Origin: Candidatus Latescibacterota bacterium
GTDB lineage: Bacteria; Latescibacterota; UBA2968; GCA-2709665
NCBI GenBank assembly: GCA_965237675.1
Contig: OZ250150.1
Location: 3,168,001 to 3,232,000 of the forward strand
DNA length: 64,000 nucleotides
Direction of reading: 5' to 3'
Part shown: positions 38,762 to 49,435 of the stretch, in pieces
How the letters are laid out: every line of letters begins with the position of its first letter
Position numbering within the stretch: position 1 is the first letter of the stretch
Notes under the pieces: model-generated
Database searches by the model: none
Told to the model about the DNA's origin: nothing
What the model saw: only the letters and a program-made list of their open reading frames with translations
Program-made: the position numbers and the translations under genes

Positions 38762-41700
38762 ATGTTGACGTCAAGCGGGGACCCATCCAAGGAAATTGCT
38801 GTGGATCCGAGATTTCTCCGGGAAGAAGGCATCGGGATATTTACCGGCAATGAGCTCATTGTCAAGGGCGGTCTGGAACACCGCATGGGACTGCTGACCG
38901 GCTATCCTGGTTCTCCGGTGGCTGAGGTCTTCGACGCCGCCGAACGCATCCGGGAACTGCTGGTTGAGAAGGGTGTGGTGGTGCAGATCGCCAATAACGA
39001 AGCGCTCAGTGCCGCGCGGTTGAACGGTTCCCAGATGACCCCCGTCCGCGCAATGGCGGTGATGAAGAGTGTGGGCGCGCACGTGGCGTCCGACGGTCTT
39101 GCGCTGGGCAATATGGCGGGGACGGCGCCCGGGGGCGCGGCGGTGGCGGTGTTTGGCGACGATACGTGGTCTGAAGGCACTCAGGTGCCCGCCGATTCCC
39201 GGTTTCTTGCCAAACATCTCTACATGCCTGTGCTGGCGCCGAGTACGTTCCAGGAAATCAAGGACTGGATCGGCGTCGCCTTCGATCTCTCGGAAAAAAC
39301 ACGCCTTTATGTGGCCTATCTCATTACCTCCAACCAGGCGGATGGAGGCGGCACCGTTACGGTCGGTCCGAATCGTTTTCCTGACCTGACGCCGCACACA
39401 CCCGTAACCATCGATACCCGGTCGATTCCGCTCGACGACCGGGTGATCATACCCCCCAGCACGGCCATCAAGGAGGAAGATGTACTTCATCGACGGATGC
39501 CGGAGTTGCTCGAATACGCCCGCGAATACAATCTGAATCGCATTCTTTATCCACCTGCTTCCGAAAAGAAGCGAATCGGATTCGTCAGTTCCGGCCTGTC
39601 GTACTGCTACCTGGAGCATGTGATGAATATGGTGGGGCTGGAAGGCAGCATTCCGATTTTGAAATATGGGCTGACGTATCCCGTGGACCCTGAGATTTTG
39701 AAAGCGTTCGTGGCGATTGTCGACGAAATATATGTCGTGGAAGAGAAGCGAGGGTTTCTGGAGGGGCAGGTCACGGCCGCGCTGCAGGGATTGCATCAGG
39801 ATGGAGAGATCGGCCCGTTCCGCATCTGGGGGAAGCGCTTTCCAGACGGCAAACCGGGTTTCCCGGACAGCAAGGGTATGAATCCATCCATCCTGCTAAA
39901 GGTGCTGGCGCCCGTGTTGATGGCCCTGGACGATCCCACTGTGCCCATCGACAGGGAGCGGATTGTGCGGGAGGTCGACCTTGTCGACGAGACCGCCAAC
40001 TATCGTGTGCAGGCGGCCGTTCGCACCCCCTCCTTCTGCCCCGGCTGCCCGCATCGGGATTCTGCAAGTGTGTTGAATCGGGTGATCGATGATTTCAGCA
40101 GTGCGGATTATATGCGGAAACACCATCAGAGAGACCCGGCCGACCTGGTATTTCATGGAGATATCGGTTGTTATTCCCTGTTGAAATACAAGCCATTCGA
40201 CCGGCTGATGCACAATTTGTCGGGGATGGGGTTGGGCGGGGGCACAGGCGCCGGTATCGATCCCTATATCAACAACAAGCAGCTTGTCTTTATGGGTGAC
40301 TCGACCTTTTTTCACAGCGGAATGGCAGCGATTTCCGATTCAATAAAACACGGTCAGGACATTACCTATGTCATTCTGGACAATAAAACGACGGCAATGA
40401 CGGGGCACCAGCCCACGCCCGGTGTGGACGTGGATATCCTCGGCAAGCCGACATTTGCCCAGGATATCGAACAGGTTGTACGGGGCATGGCAGGTGCGGG
40501 AGATAGCGTGTTTGTCGCGCGGATGAATCCAGCCGAACGGACGTCCTACAGGGAGACACTGGAGCGCGCACTGTTGAAGGATGGCGTGAAGATTGTGATT
40601 GCGGATAAGGAGTGCGGAATCACGTTCCACCGCAGGCAGCGCGCAATGCAGAACGAGATTGTCCAGGATAGAGGATACCTTCCCGAGGAACGGCATATCA
40701 ACATTACACCGGAGGTCTGTGAGTATTGTCTGGAGTGCACGCAGGCAACCGGTTGTAGTGGATTGACGGTCGAGGAGACCTTACACGGGCCCAAGATTGC
40801 CACGGATCTTTCCCTGTGTGTGGCGGATGGAGCCTGTACAAGGGTGACGGTTTCGAATGGCGATGGCACCTGCCCGTCGTTCGAGGAGGTTATTGTAAAG
40901 CGCAGCCGGCCCGCGCAGACGCAGACGGAAGCAATCGACCTTTCGAATCTGCCCGTGCCGGAGGTCAAGGCGTTTGACGCCACGTGGTACGCGTATATTG
41001 CGGGGGTAGGGGGAATGGGCATCAATACCATCGCCGCGATTCTCTCCGTTGCCGGTGCCAGGCAGGGCTATACCGTTCGGTTTACCAACAAAAAAGGGTT
41101 GGCCATCCGAAACGGGGCGGTGTATTCCCACGTGAGTTTCACGAAGGGCGACCGCGTCATTTCACAAATCACCCCGTACGGCCATGCCGATTTGCTTCTG
41201 GGCCTGGATATCCTGGAGGCGGTGCGCGGGCTGGAGTCCATGGGAAACGGGCGGGTCGCCAGCCCGGGACATACGACGGCGGTGGTGGAGACCGGGAAGC
41301 GCCACACGGTACTGACGCTTACAGGACAGGATGATTTCGATACCTTGGAACTGGAGGAAGTGCTGAAGCGGCACACGAATTCCGAGGGATATTTCGGGAT
41401 GGACCTGGGCGAGATTTCAGAGCGTTTCCTGGGCAATAAGATCTATGCCAACAGCATTCTTCTGGGGGTCGCCTATCAGCGGGGCGTGTTGCCGCTGGAA
41501 TTGGAACACATAAAATGGTCGATGGAACGCAATATAAAACCCAGCGACCTCGAGTCCAATTTGAAAGCGTTTGATCTGGGGCGTAAAATCGCGATTGATC
41601 CGGATGTCGTCGACAAGGAGACGCCCTCGATTTCCTACCGGGAATTGATTAAGGATAAGGCTGCCATTCTGGAACGCGGGAAGGGCCGGAAAGCGCGCGC

Positions 41701-42406
41701 TGCCTATCTTGAATTGGCCGCTGCGGTGGAGCCGCTGGCCCTGGCCGAAGAGGATTACCTGCAGTTTGCTCTGGGTGTGTACGATTTGATGCAGTGGGAC
41801 GGCGCGGACTATGCCAGGACTTACGTGCAACGGGTGCGGAAGGTGTACGACAACGACCGGCCGGAGCAGGGGTACGAGGCGACCCGTGCGGTTATCAGAT
41901 ACCTGCCCCGTGTGATGGCTTACAAAGACGAAATGTATGTCGCGCATCTGCTGACAAGCGAAGAGAAATACCGGCGCGACTGTGAGCGATACAACGTCTG
42001 TATCGAGCGTGGAGATCGGATTGCCTACCGCCACTTCAACCGGGGCAATTTCAATATACTCGGTTTCAACGTCTATCTCAAACTGACGACCCGGGACTGG
42101 ATGCTGAAGCTGATGAGACGCATGAAGTTCCTGCGCAAGCTGATGCCGGCGTGGCATAAACAGGAAAAGGCGTACCGGGATTGGTATGTCGAGTTTGTCG
42201 ATCGGTTTGAATTCGATCACGAAGAACGCTACGGAGACTACGTGCGGGTGTTCCGGTTACCGGACGAGGTGCGCGGATATCGCGAGGTGATCCGTCCCAA
42301 AATTCAGGCCGCGTATCAGGCGGCAGCGGCGATGATGAACGGCAACGCACGTCCGCAGTCCACTGATCGGTATCTTTCCATCGAGCCCGTCGTTGAACGG
42401 GTCTGA
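38762..42406 (+). CDS. Fused alpha/beta indolepyruvate:ferredoxin oxidoreductase family protein
   Basis: GYPGSP, NE, VVEEKR, RTPSFCPGCPH, GDIGCY, GDSTFFHSG..N..TAMTG (TPP), ferredoxin Cys, AGVGGMG, AYKDE.YVA. Confidence 0.9.
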   Translation: MLTSSGDPSKEIAVDPRFLREEGIGIFTGNELIVKGGLEHRMGLLTGYPGSPVAEVFDAAERIRELLVEKGVVVQIANNEALSAARLNGSQMTPVRAMAVMKSVGAHVASDGLALGNMAGTAPGGAAVAVFGDDTWSEGTQVPADSRFLAKHLYMPVLAPSTFQEIKDWIGVAFDLSEKTRLYVAYLITSNQADGGGTVTVGPNRFPDLTPHTPVTIDTRSIPLDDRVIIPPSTAIKEEDVLHRRMPELLEYAREYNLNRILYPPASEKKRIGFVSSGLSYCYLEHVMNMVGLEGSIPILKYGLTYPVDPEILKAFVAIVDEIYVVEEKRGFLEGQVTAALQGLHQDGEIGPFRIWGKRFPDGKPGFPDSKGMNPSILLKVLAPVLMALDDPTVPIDRERIVREVDLVDETANYRVQAAVRTPSFCPGCPHRDSASVLNRVIDDFSSADYMRKHHQRDPADLVFHGDIGCYSLLKYKPFDRLMHNLSGMGLGGGTGAGIDPYINNKQLVFMGDSTFFHSGMAAISDSIKHGQDITYVILDNKTTAMTGHQPTPGVDVDILGKPTFAQDIEQVVRGMAGAGDSVFVARMNPAERTSYRETLERALLKDGVKIVIADKECGITFHRRQRAMQNEIVQDRGYLPEERHINITPEVCEYCLECTQATGCSGLTVEETLHGPKIATDLSLCVADGACTRVTVSNGDGTCPSFEEVIVKRSRPAQTQTEAIDLSNLPVPEVKAFDATWYAYIAGVGGMGINTIAAILSVAGARQGYTVRFTNKKGLAIRNGAVYSHVSFTKGDRVISQITPYGHADLLLGLDILEAVRGLESMGNGRVASPGHTTAVVETGKRHTVLTLTGQDDFDTLELEEVLKRHTNSEGYFGMDLGEISERFLGNKIYANSILLGVAYQRGVLPLELEHIKWSMERNIKPSDLESNLKAFDLGRKIAIDPDVVDKETPSISYRELIKDKAAILERGKGRKARAAYLELAAAVEPLALAEEDYLQFALGVYDLMQWDGADYARTYVQRVRKVYDNDRPEQGYEATRAVIRYLPRVMAYKDEMYVAHLLTSEEKYRRDCERYNVCIERGDRIAYRHFNRGNFNILGFNVYLKLTTRDWMLKLMRRMKFLRKLMPAWHKQEKAYRDWYVEFVDRFEFDHEERYGDYVRVFRLPDEVRGYREVIRPKIQAAYQAAAAMMNGNARPQSTDRYLSIEPVVERV

Positions 42407-42469
42407 TACGGAAGTCGGTGGCACCCAGGCAGTGTCTCAGTGCCGCTTCGCCCTGTCTCGGACGGAGAT

Positions 42470-43519
42470 ATGTTAAAAGTCGGGGTAGCCGGTTTGAGGC
42501 GTGGACGCAGCCTCGCAAAACCCTTTCACAACCATCGGAAAACGCGACTTGCGGCAATTTGCGATCCGGTGGCAAAGCTGCGGGAACAGGCGGCCAAGGC
42601 CTTCGGCGTCGGACAGACGTACTCGGAATTTGAAGCATTCCTTTCGGCGGACCTGGATGTGGTTGTCGTGGCGACTCCGGCGCCCCTCCATGCGGCTCAG
42701 TCCATTCGCGCGATGGAAGCTGGAGCACACGTTCTGTGCGAGGTTCCGGCAGTTTGGACGCTCGAGGAATGTGAGGCGTTGGCAGAAGCCGTACGGCGCA
42801 CCGGACGGATCTACATGATGGCTGAAAATATGAATTTCTACCATTATATTCAAGACTGGAAAACGAAAATCCGGTCGGGTGCGATCGGGCATGTCTTCTA
42901 CGCGGAAGCGGAATATATACACGATTGCCGGAAACTGATGCGAGGCCCGGAGGGGCAACTGACGTGGCGGGCATCGATGCCGCCCATCCACTATTGCACC
43001 CACAGCCTGGGACCGGTGCTGGATATCCTGGACGACCGGTGCGTTTCCGCCGTGGGCATGGCAACCGGCACGCATACCGCGCCCGAGATCGGTTCGATCG
43101 ACATGGAGGTGGGGTTGTTTCGGACGATGAAGGGTTGCGTCGTCAAGATCCTGTGCGGGTTTACCGTGACCCGCGAGCCTGCGATGCACTGGCAGATTTT
43201 CTACGGTACCGAGGGTACCCTGGAGAATAGGCGGGCACCGTGGGAAGAGGCCAAGATTTTCCGGTCGGGAGAGGGGCCTATGGTGACCATTCCGGCGGAA
43301 GACTCGGATCCGGATGCGCCGGAGGAGGCAATGGCGGGTGGGCACGGGACGTCGGAATATTATATGGTGGATCGGTTCGTTCGTGCGGTTAACGACCGCG
43401 CTCCCGTGCCGATAGACGTATACCGATCCCTTGATTTCTCAACACCCGGGCTTTGCGCGCATCTGTCCGCCCTGCAGGGAAGCGCACCGGTTGATGTTCC
43501 GGACTTCAGGGTCCATTGA
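42470..43519 (+). CDS. Gfo/Idh/MocA family oxidoreductase
   Basis: VGVAGL, VVVATP..H, HVLCEVP, AEY.H, YCTHSLGP. Confidence 0.88.
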   Translation: MLKVGVAGLRRGRSLAKPFHNHRKTRLAAICDPVAKLREQAAKAFGVGQTYSEFEAFLSADLDVVVVATPAPLHAAQSIRAMEAGAHVLCEVPAVWTLEECEALAEAVRRTGRIYMMAENMNFYHYIQDWKTKIRSGAIGHVFYAEAEYIHDCRKLMRGPEGQLTWRASMPPIHYCTHSLGPVLDILDDRCVSAVGMATGTHTAPEIGSIDMEVGLFRTMKGCVVKILCGFTVTREPAMHWQIFYGTEGTLENRRAPWEEAKIFRSGEGPMVTIPAEDSDPDAPEEAMAGGHGTSEYYMVDRFVRAVNDRAPVPIDVYRSLDFSTPGLCAHLSALQGSAPVDVPDFRVH

Positions 43520-43762
43520 GTGCTGCCATTGTCAGGCGGCAGGTGCCGGAGTTACCGGGGTCGCCCGTGCGTCACGATCCAGGCACCGACGCTTCCGGGG
43601 CGGTTCGGCGGGTTGTGGATGGTCCTTTGCTTCCTTGAACCGGGCGACCCAATCGCGTATATTCGACAGATAATTGAGGGGAATTTCTGAGATGGGTCCG
43701 ATGGAAGCCTCCGCGGGCCGACTGCATCGAACCCTATTTTCAATTTTCAAGGAGGGCACGTT

Positions 43763-44908
43763 TTGGCTGCTAACCAGTGGAAGACGTTCAACGCTTCGGG
43801 TAATCGGCGCGTGGTGGTTACCAAGGAACTTCCAGGCGACCGCTGGTTGAAGATTCTGGAAAAGGCGGAATGCTGCGTCGAATACAATACGTCCATCCGG
43901 ATATTGCAGGTTAACGAGATCAAAGCGGTCATCGGTGATCGATGCGACGGCGTGATCGGACAGCTTACCGAAGATTGGGGCGAACCGCTGTTCTCGGCAT
44001 TGAAAGAAGCAGGCGGCAAGGCGTATAGCAACTATGCGGTCGGATTCAACAATGTGGATGTGGATGCGGCTACAAAGAACGGGATCCCCGTGGGCAATAC
44101 ACCGGGCGTGTTAACGGAGACCACGGCGGAAATGGCGGTTGCGCTCACGTTCTCTGCCGCTCGGCGCGTGGTGGAGGCCGATGAATATATGCGCGGCGGC
44201 AGGTACGAGGGATGGCTGCCTACCCTGTTCCTGGGGCAGTTGCTGAACCGGAAGACCGTCGGCGTGGTCGGCGCGGGACGGATCGGCGCCACGTATGCCC
44301 GCATGATGGTCGAAGGGTTCAAGATGAACTTTATCTATTACGATCCCTATCCCAACGAGAGACTCGAGAACTACATTCGGGATTACGCCGCGTTCCTGGA
44401 GAGGCAGGGTGAGGAGCCTGTTAGCGTTACCAGAGCGGATTCCGTAGCCGAGGTGTTGCGCGAGGCCGACGTGGTCAGCCTGCATCCGCTTCTCGATCCG
44501 ACGACCCACAACCTGATGAACGAGGAAACTCTGAACCTGATGAAGAAAAAAGCGATTCTCGTGAATGCCAGCCGGGGTCCCGTCATCGACGAAAACGCGC
44601 TCGTGGCGCACTGCAGAAAAAATCCCGATTTCCGCGTCGGGCTGGATGTCTTCGAAGATGAGCCGGAAATGAAACCCGGCTTGAATGAGTTGAACAACGT
44701 GGTGATTGTTCCCCATATTGCGTCGGCAACGAGCTGGACACGCGAGGGCATGGCAACGCTCGCCGCCAGCAACGTGGCCGGCATTTTGAGGGGCTTCCCC
44801 ACGTGGGCCGACCAGGACGATATTCTGCTGTTTCTGACCGACGAGGCGCCCATGGCGTGCCCGAGCATTGTGAATGCCGAAGAACTGGGTCTGCCGGTCA
44901 CCGGGTAA
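43763..44908 (+). CDS. D-glycerate dehydrogenase / hydroxypyruvate reductase (plant HPR1-like)
   Basis: GQLTEDWG, AVGFNNVD, NTPGVLTETTAE, GAGRIG, SRGPV, DVFEDEP, PHIAS. AAGGAGG RBS before TTG. Confidence 0.92.
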   Translation: MAANQWKTFNASGNRRVVVTKELPGDRWLKILEKAECCVEYNTSIRILQVNEIKAVIGDRCDGVIGQLTEDWGEPLFSALKEAGGKAYSNYAVGFNNVDVDAATKNGIPVGNTPGVLTETTAEMAVALTFSAARRVVEADEYMRGGRYEGWLPTLFLGQLLNRKTVGVVGAGRIGATYARMMVEGFKMNFIYYDPYPNERLENYIRDYAAFLERQGEEPVSVTRADSVAEVLREADVVSLHPLLDPTTHNLMNEETLNLMKKKAILVNASRGPVIDENALVAHCRKNPDFRVGLDVFEDEPEMKPGLNELNNVVIVPHIASATSWTREGMATLAASNVAGILRGFPTWADQDDILLFLTDEAPMACPSIVNAEELGLPVTG

Positions 44909-44942
44909 TCAGACCGGTCATTTTTCGGTATATCGACAATAC

Positions 44943-44993
44943 AGCGGCGGGGTTCCGTGCAGAAATGGCGTGAGACCCCGCCGCTTGGTTTTT
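44943..44993. terminator. Terminator-like hairpin between convergent genes
   Basis: AGCGGCGGGGT / ACCCCGCCGCT followed by TGGTTTTT. Confidence 0.6.
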
Positions 44994-45009
44994 CGTGGCA
45001 CACCGTAGG

Positions 45010-45870
45010 TCACTCGGTTATCTTTGCGATGGCAATGCCGGATTCACCGGCAACAGAGTAGAGGAGATAGGTGTCTGCGCCCTCCCGGTAGATCCCCGGG
45101 TCGCGAAGCTGGCGCACCCGCTCGGGGGCCCATCCTCGCTTCGAGGGTTGGAGGGGAAGATCCGTACCCTCGAAGTCGGTTTCGGGTTCGAGGATGACCT
45201 CTGCCTCTGAAGCCCGCCAATTCATCCAGTCCGGTGTCAGGTCGACTTTGGACCGCAGGATGCGTTCGGGGCGGCAGTCGTGAGCGTTGGAATAGAAAAC
45301 AGAGAGCGTGTTGCCATCCAGTTTCAGCGCGGTGTGGCGCTGATCGTCTGAGAATAGCACGGGACCGTGCCGGAAATCCGCGAGGCCATCCGACGATCGA
45401 TAGAAAATGCCGGGCATGCCCAGCGCATACGTCGCGCTCCGCCACAGGAAGACCCGGAAGTAGGAATTGCCGAGATCTTCGGGTCGAGCCGTGAAGTGAG
45501 TCCCGTCGGAAGACAGCGCGACTTTGGACTGTTGGCCCCTTCCCGGAACCGGTCCGTGGTAGTACATCCTGATTTCGCGATTCTCGTCGTCGATGTGGAC
45601 GTCCGGCGAGGCAAGGTGGCCCGACGTGTAGGCATCCTTGAGGTCCAGCACCCCGGGTTCGTAGGTTGTCCATGGGCCTGAAAGTCTGTCCGAATAGCCA
45701 AGGCGGATGTAATCGCCTCGATGGTGGGCAAAATAGAGGTAATACTCGCCGAGGGGGTTTGGCAGCCAGTGGGGCGCCCGGATGAGCGACGGTCCGTTGA
45801 TGTTGGCACCCATCCGCGAGTCCATGTGGGGCCGGATGATCGGATTGTTCGGCAGGCGTTCAACGCGCAT
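45010..45870 (-). CDS. Five-bladed beta-propeller glycoside hydrolase-like protein
   Basis: NPII, NINGPSL, YYLYF, ASPDV, RDPGI..LLYSVAGE.GIAIA. Confidence 0.65.
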   Translation of the reverse strand: MRVERLPNNPIIRPHMDSRMGANINGPSLIRAPHWLPNPLGEYYLYFAHHRGDYIRLGYSDRLSGPWTTYEPGVLDLKDAYTSGHLASPDVHIDDENREIRMYYHGPVPGRGQQSKVALSSDGTHFTARPEDLGNSYFRVFLWRSATYALGMPGIFYRSSDGLADFRHGPVLFSDDQRHTALKLDGNTLSVFYSNAHDCRPERILRSKVDLTPDWMNWRASEAEVILEPETDFEGTDLPLQPSKRGWAPERVRQLRDPGIYREGADTYLLYSVAGESGIAIAKITE

Positions 45871-45959
45871 TGACAGTGTCTCCCTTAACCCGGCGGCGAA
45901 ATGACGTCGGCGGCGGCGCTCCGGACCGTGCGGTCTTTCACCTGTATTGGAGGTTGACG

Positions 45960-46940
45960 TTGGCGGAAAAGACCTTCAATAGACGCCTGTCGGTTGCGCC
46001 GATGATGGATTGGACCGACAGGCACGAACGGTATTTCCTGAGAATGTTCTCCCGGTATATCCTGCTCTATACCGAGATGATCACCGTGGACGCCATCCTC
46101 CGCGGCCGGCGCGAGCAACTCCTGGCCCATCATCACCTGGAACATCCGGTCGCGCTGCAGCTGGGCGGGAGCGATCCGGCGGCGCTGGCAAGCTGTTCGC
46201 GGATTGGTGAGGACTACGGGTACGACGAGATCAACCTGAACGTGGGCTGTCCGAGCGATCGGGTAAAGGCCGGTCGGTTCGGCGCGCGCCTTATGGCGGA
46301 ACCCGACCGGGTAGCCCGATGTGTGACGGCCATGCGCGAGGCGGTCGAGATTCCGGTAACCGTGAAGACCAGGATCGGGATCGACGACCGGGATTCCTAC
46401 GCGGACCTCGCCCATTTCGTGCGGACCGTATCCCGTGGCGGGTGCCGGGTTTTTGTCATTCACGCCAGAAAGGCCTGGTTGCAAGGGTTGAGTCCCAGGC
46501 AGAACCGGGAGATCCCGCCGTTGCGCTGCGAGGTGGTGTATCGTTTGAAGCAGGACTTTCCTGACCTGGAGATCATCCTCAACGGAGGAATTACAACCGC
46601 CGGACACGTGCGTCAGCACCTGAAATTCGTGGATGGGGCGATGATTGGACGTGAGGCGTATCAGAATCCCTATTTCCTGGCTTCGATGGACCAGATGTTC
46701 TACGGTGACACCCGCCCCGTTGCCGCGCGCGGGGAGATCCTCGAACGATTCTGCGAGTACGTCGACGATCAGTTGCGCGTTGGGATGCCGCTTGTTGGCA
46801 TGACGCGGCATATCCAGGGCCTCTTCCACGGAATGCCCGGAGCCCGTGCCTGGCGCCGTCACCTCAGCGAGAACGCGCACCGACCCGGATCGGGGGTGGA
46901 GGTGATTCAGCAAGCCGCGCGGTTCGTGCGGGGGCCGTGA
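45960..46940 (+). CDS. dusA: tRNA-dihydrouridine(20/20a) synthase
   Basis: VAPMMDWTDRH, LQLGGSDP, NLNVGCPS, HARKAWLQGLSP, NGGI, MIGREAY. GGAGG RBS before TTG. Confidence 0.95.
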   Translation: MAEKTFNRRLSVAPMMDWTDRHERYFLRMFSRYILLYTEMITVDAILRGRREQLLAHHHLEHPVALQLGGSDPAALASCSRIGEDYGYDEINLNVGCPSDRVKAGRFGARLMAEPDRVARCVTAMREAVEIPVTVKTRIGIDDRDSYADLAHFVRTVSRGGCRVFVIHARKAWLQGLSPRQNREIPPLRCEVVYRLKQDFPDLEIILNGGITTAGHVRQHLKFVDGAMIGREAYQNPYFLASMDQMFYGDTRPVAARGEILERFCEYVDDQLRVGMPLVGMTRHIQGLFHGMPGARAWRRHLSENAHRPGSGVEVIQQAARFVRGP

Positions 46941-46987
46941 AACAGGTTGTGAGTTGCGCCGAAAAGCGGACCGCGCGTTGCGGTATC

Positions 46988-47773
46988 CTACGACTGGAGC
47001 GCTTCCCGGCACGCTGCGACGAGTTCCTTATGGGATGTTGTATAACCGATGTTGACCTCCGTGTCGATTACGGCCGCCCTTGACAGATCCAGGCCCTCAC
47101 AGGTGTCGGTGACTTCAATGGCCGTCGTGCAGTCCCGGATGAGGACGATGTCATAACCACGGTCCTTCATCGCCCTCATGCCGTAGTCCCTGAACGGGAC
47201 GCACATATTGGCGGCAAAGCCCGCGTAAAAGAGGTGCAGGATCCCGCGGTGTTTCAGAAGGCGGTGCAGTTGGGCGCCGGTGACGACAACGTCGTCTCCT
47301 TCGCGAGGCTCGGCTTCGGGGATGATGCGGCGGTTTTGGATGATGTCTTCAAAGACCTGGTCGTGCGGATCTTTTGGCTGCGCCCATTTCTTGTAGTCGC
47401 CGGTTTTGGATCGGAACTCGGCGGGCGGCCATTCGTCGCGCGGCACGGACGAGCGGCCGAAAACCTCTTCATCGCCCGCAAACCGGGTCCAGGGCGCGTA
47501 GTGCCTGGCGCAGTCCGGGCTGGGCGCGTGGATAACGGCAGCACCGACGGATCGGAAGGCTTCGGCAACGGGAAGAATACGTTCAAGGGTGATGTTCCTG
47601 CCGCGTTCCAGGTGCGTGGACACAAAGTGGTCGCTCCAGACATCGACCAGCACCAGTGCGATCCGGTTCACCGGGTATTCGTGCTGCAGGATCCTGAGAT
47701 GGAATTCTTCTTCCGTAATGTACGCTTTCCTGGTGAGGTGGTAATATCGGACATCCAGTCGGATTGACTTCAT
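46988..47773 (-). CDS. Isochorismatase-family cysteine hydrolase
   Basis: ALVLVDVW, YAGFAANMCV, LIRDCT. Confidence 0.75.
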   Translation of the reverse strand: MKSIRLDVRYYHLTRKAYITEEEFHLRILQHEYPVNRIALVLVDVWSDHFVSTHLERGRNITLERILPVAEAFRSVGAAVIHAPSPDCARHYAPWTRFAGDEEVFGRSSVPRDEWPPAEFRSKTGDYKKWAQPKDPHDQVFEDIIQNRRIIPEAEPREGDDVVVTGAQLHRLLKHRGILHLFYAGFAANMCVPFRDYGMRAMKDRGYDIVLIRDCTTAIEVTDTCEGLDLSRAAVIDTEVNIGYTTSHKELVAACREALQS

Positions 47774-48004
47774 GGGGGCCCCTTCCGTACTTGTCGGTGA
47801 TTTCTAACCTCCGGGCGCGTGGGCAATATGGGAACGAGTGAGTACCTGTGTCAAGGACAACCCACGACCGGGCGTTCTCCGGCTATCGGATCTCGCTTTC
47901 ACGCACAATAATAAGGTTCAATCTCGTCCCGCTTTCAGGGGCGATATGGCCGTGTCGCTCAGGCCGGCGGCTATTCAGTCATTTGGAGAAAGGCGGTATC
48001 CACG

Positions 48005-49375
48005 ATGAAGAGAGAGCATATCTGGGCGCATCATGAATGGGATGCAACGATAAACTGGAAGCTGATGGAGGGCGGCTATGCGAACCGGCAGAGTGTCAGA
48101 CCGGGGGATGAGCTCGCATTCCATATTGCGAATTCGCGGTCGTACTATGAGATTTTCATTTTCCGTGAAGGAGCCAAGCGGGAACTGGTCAAGACAATCG
48201 AGGGAATGCGAGGGACGCTTCAGGAGGTTCCGGAGCTGGGTTATCAGGACGGATACGAGTGGGCGCCGACGGTGTCTTTCGTCGTTCCGGATACCTGGAC
48301 GAGCGGAATCTATGTTGCAACCTTCCCCACCGGACAGGGGTTGCGGGAGATTCTTTTCGTGGTACGACCCGGTTCTCCGGAATCGCCCATGTTGCTGACG
48401 GTTGCGACAAATACCTACCAGGCCTACAATAACGTGGGCGGCAAGTGCTTCTACGACTACATTTCGACGGATCGGCAGCACGCCAAGCTAGTCAGTTTTG
48501 AACGCCCCCTTCAGATGGAATGTCTGGGCAACTTCTATATCTGGGATCAGTTTTTCACGTCCTGGCTGGATGCGGAGGGGTACCGCGTCGATTATTGTGT
48601 GAACGGCGACCACGACGCGGAGCCCGATATTCTGAAAGACTACCGGGCGAACGTGCGCTTCGGTCACGACGAATACAACAGCCGGAACGAGTGCGAACAG
48701 CTGCAGCGATTCGTTCAGGATGGTGGCAATCTGGTTCTGTTCGGGGGGAACTGTTTCTGCCAGGAGATCGAGTTGAAAAATCAGGGTCGGCAGATTTACT
48801 GTGCAAAGCCCTATTATCACGATCATCCGACGCCCGAGCGGCCGGAGACGTCGTTTCTGTGTTTCCTCGACGATTTGCGCCAGAGGACCATCGGCTTGTT
48901 CTACACATCGTTTGTCCACACAAAGACACGCGATCCGAATGTGTTCCTGGCCCCTACGACCGAAGACTGGGGATACTTTCGTGTGTGCGATCCGGACCAC
49001 TGGGTGTTTGAGGGAACCGGATTGGCACAGGGGGACGAATTCGGCCGGGAGGATTCGATCGTCGGCGTGGAGGCGGATGCGGCGGATCTGGAATTCGTGA
49101 ACGGACGGCCGCGTTACACCGGCACGGACGGGGTGTCGCCGGAATACAGAATTGTGGCCATTGCGGATTGTATGACGCCCGACGGGCACCGGCTGGTTAA
49201 GGTTGGCGGAAAAGAGGGTGAAGCCCGTTGTTACGGTACCGTCGCCGTTAATGAAACGGAGTTCAAGGGCACGGTGTTCAACGCGGCGACAATCGAATGG
49301 GCGCACGGGCTATACAGGGACCGCGGCGTGGTCGCCACAATCACGCGTAACGTGCTCGACAGGTTGGCGACGTAA
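48005..49375 (+). CDS. N,N-dimethylformamidase beta-subunit-like protein
   Basis: GY....SV.PG, W.SGIY, TYQAYN..GG, SFERP, GHDEY, GVEAD, VFNAATIEW, ITRNVL. Confidence 0.75.
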   Translation: MKREHIWAHHEWDATINWKLMEGGYANRQSVRPGDELAFHIANSRSYYEIFIFREGAKRELVKTIEGMRGTLQEVPELGYQDGYEWAPTVSFVVPDTWTSGIYVATFPTGQGLREILFVVRPGSPESPMLLTVATNTYQAYNNVGGKCFYDYISTDRQHAKLVSFERPLQMECLGNFYIWDQFFTSWLDAEGYRVDYCVNGDHDAEPDILKDYRANVRFGHDEYNSRNECEQLQRFVQDGGNLVLFGGNCFCQEIELKNQGRQIYCAKPYYHDHPTPERPETSFLCFLDDLRQRTIGLFYTSFVHTKTRDPNVFLAPTTEDWGYFRVCDPDHWVFEGTGLAQGDEFGREDSIVGVEADAADLEFVNGRPRYTGTDGVSPEYRIVAIADCMTPDGHRLVKVGGKEGEARCYGTVAVNETEFKGTVFNAATIEWAHGLYRDRGVVATITRNVLDRLAT

Positions 49376-49435
49376 CGCGGATCGATCGCGATTCCTGGCG
49401 CGTCTGTTCGGAATTCTTCAAACCGGGTATCTCCA

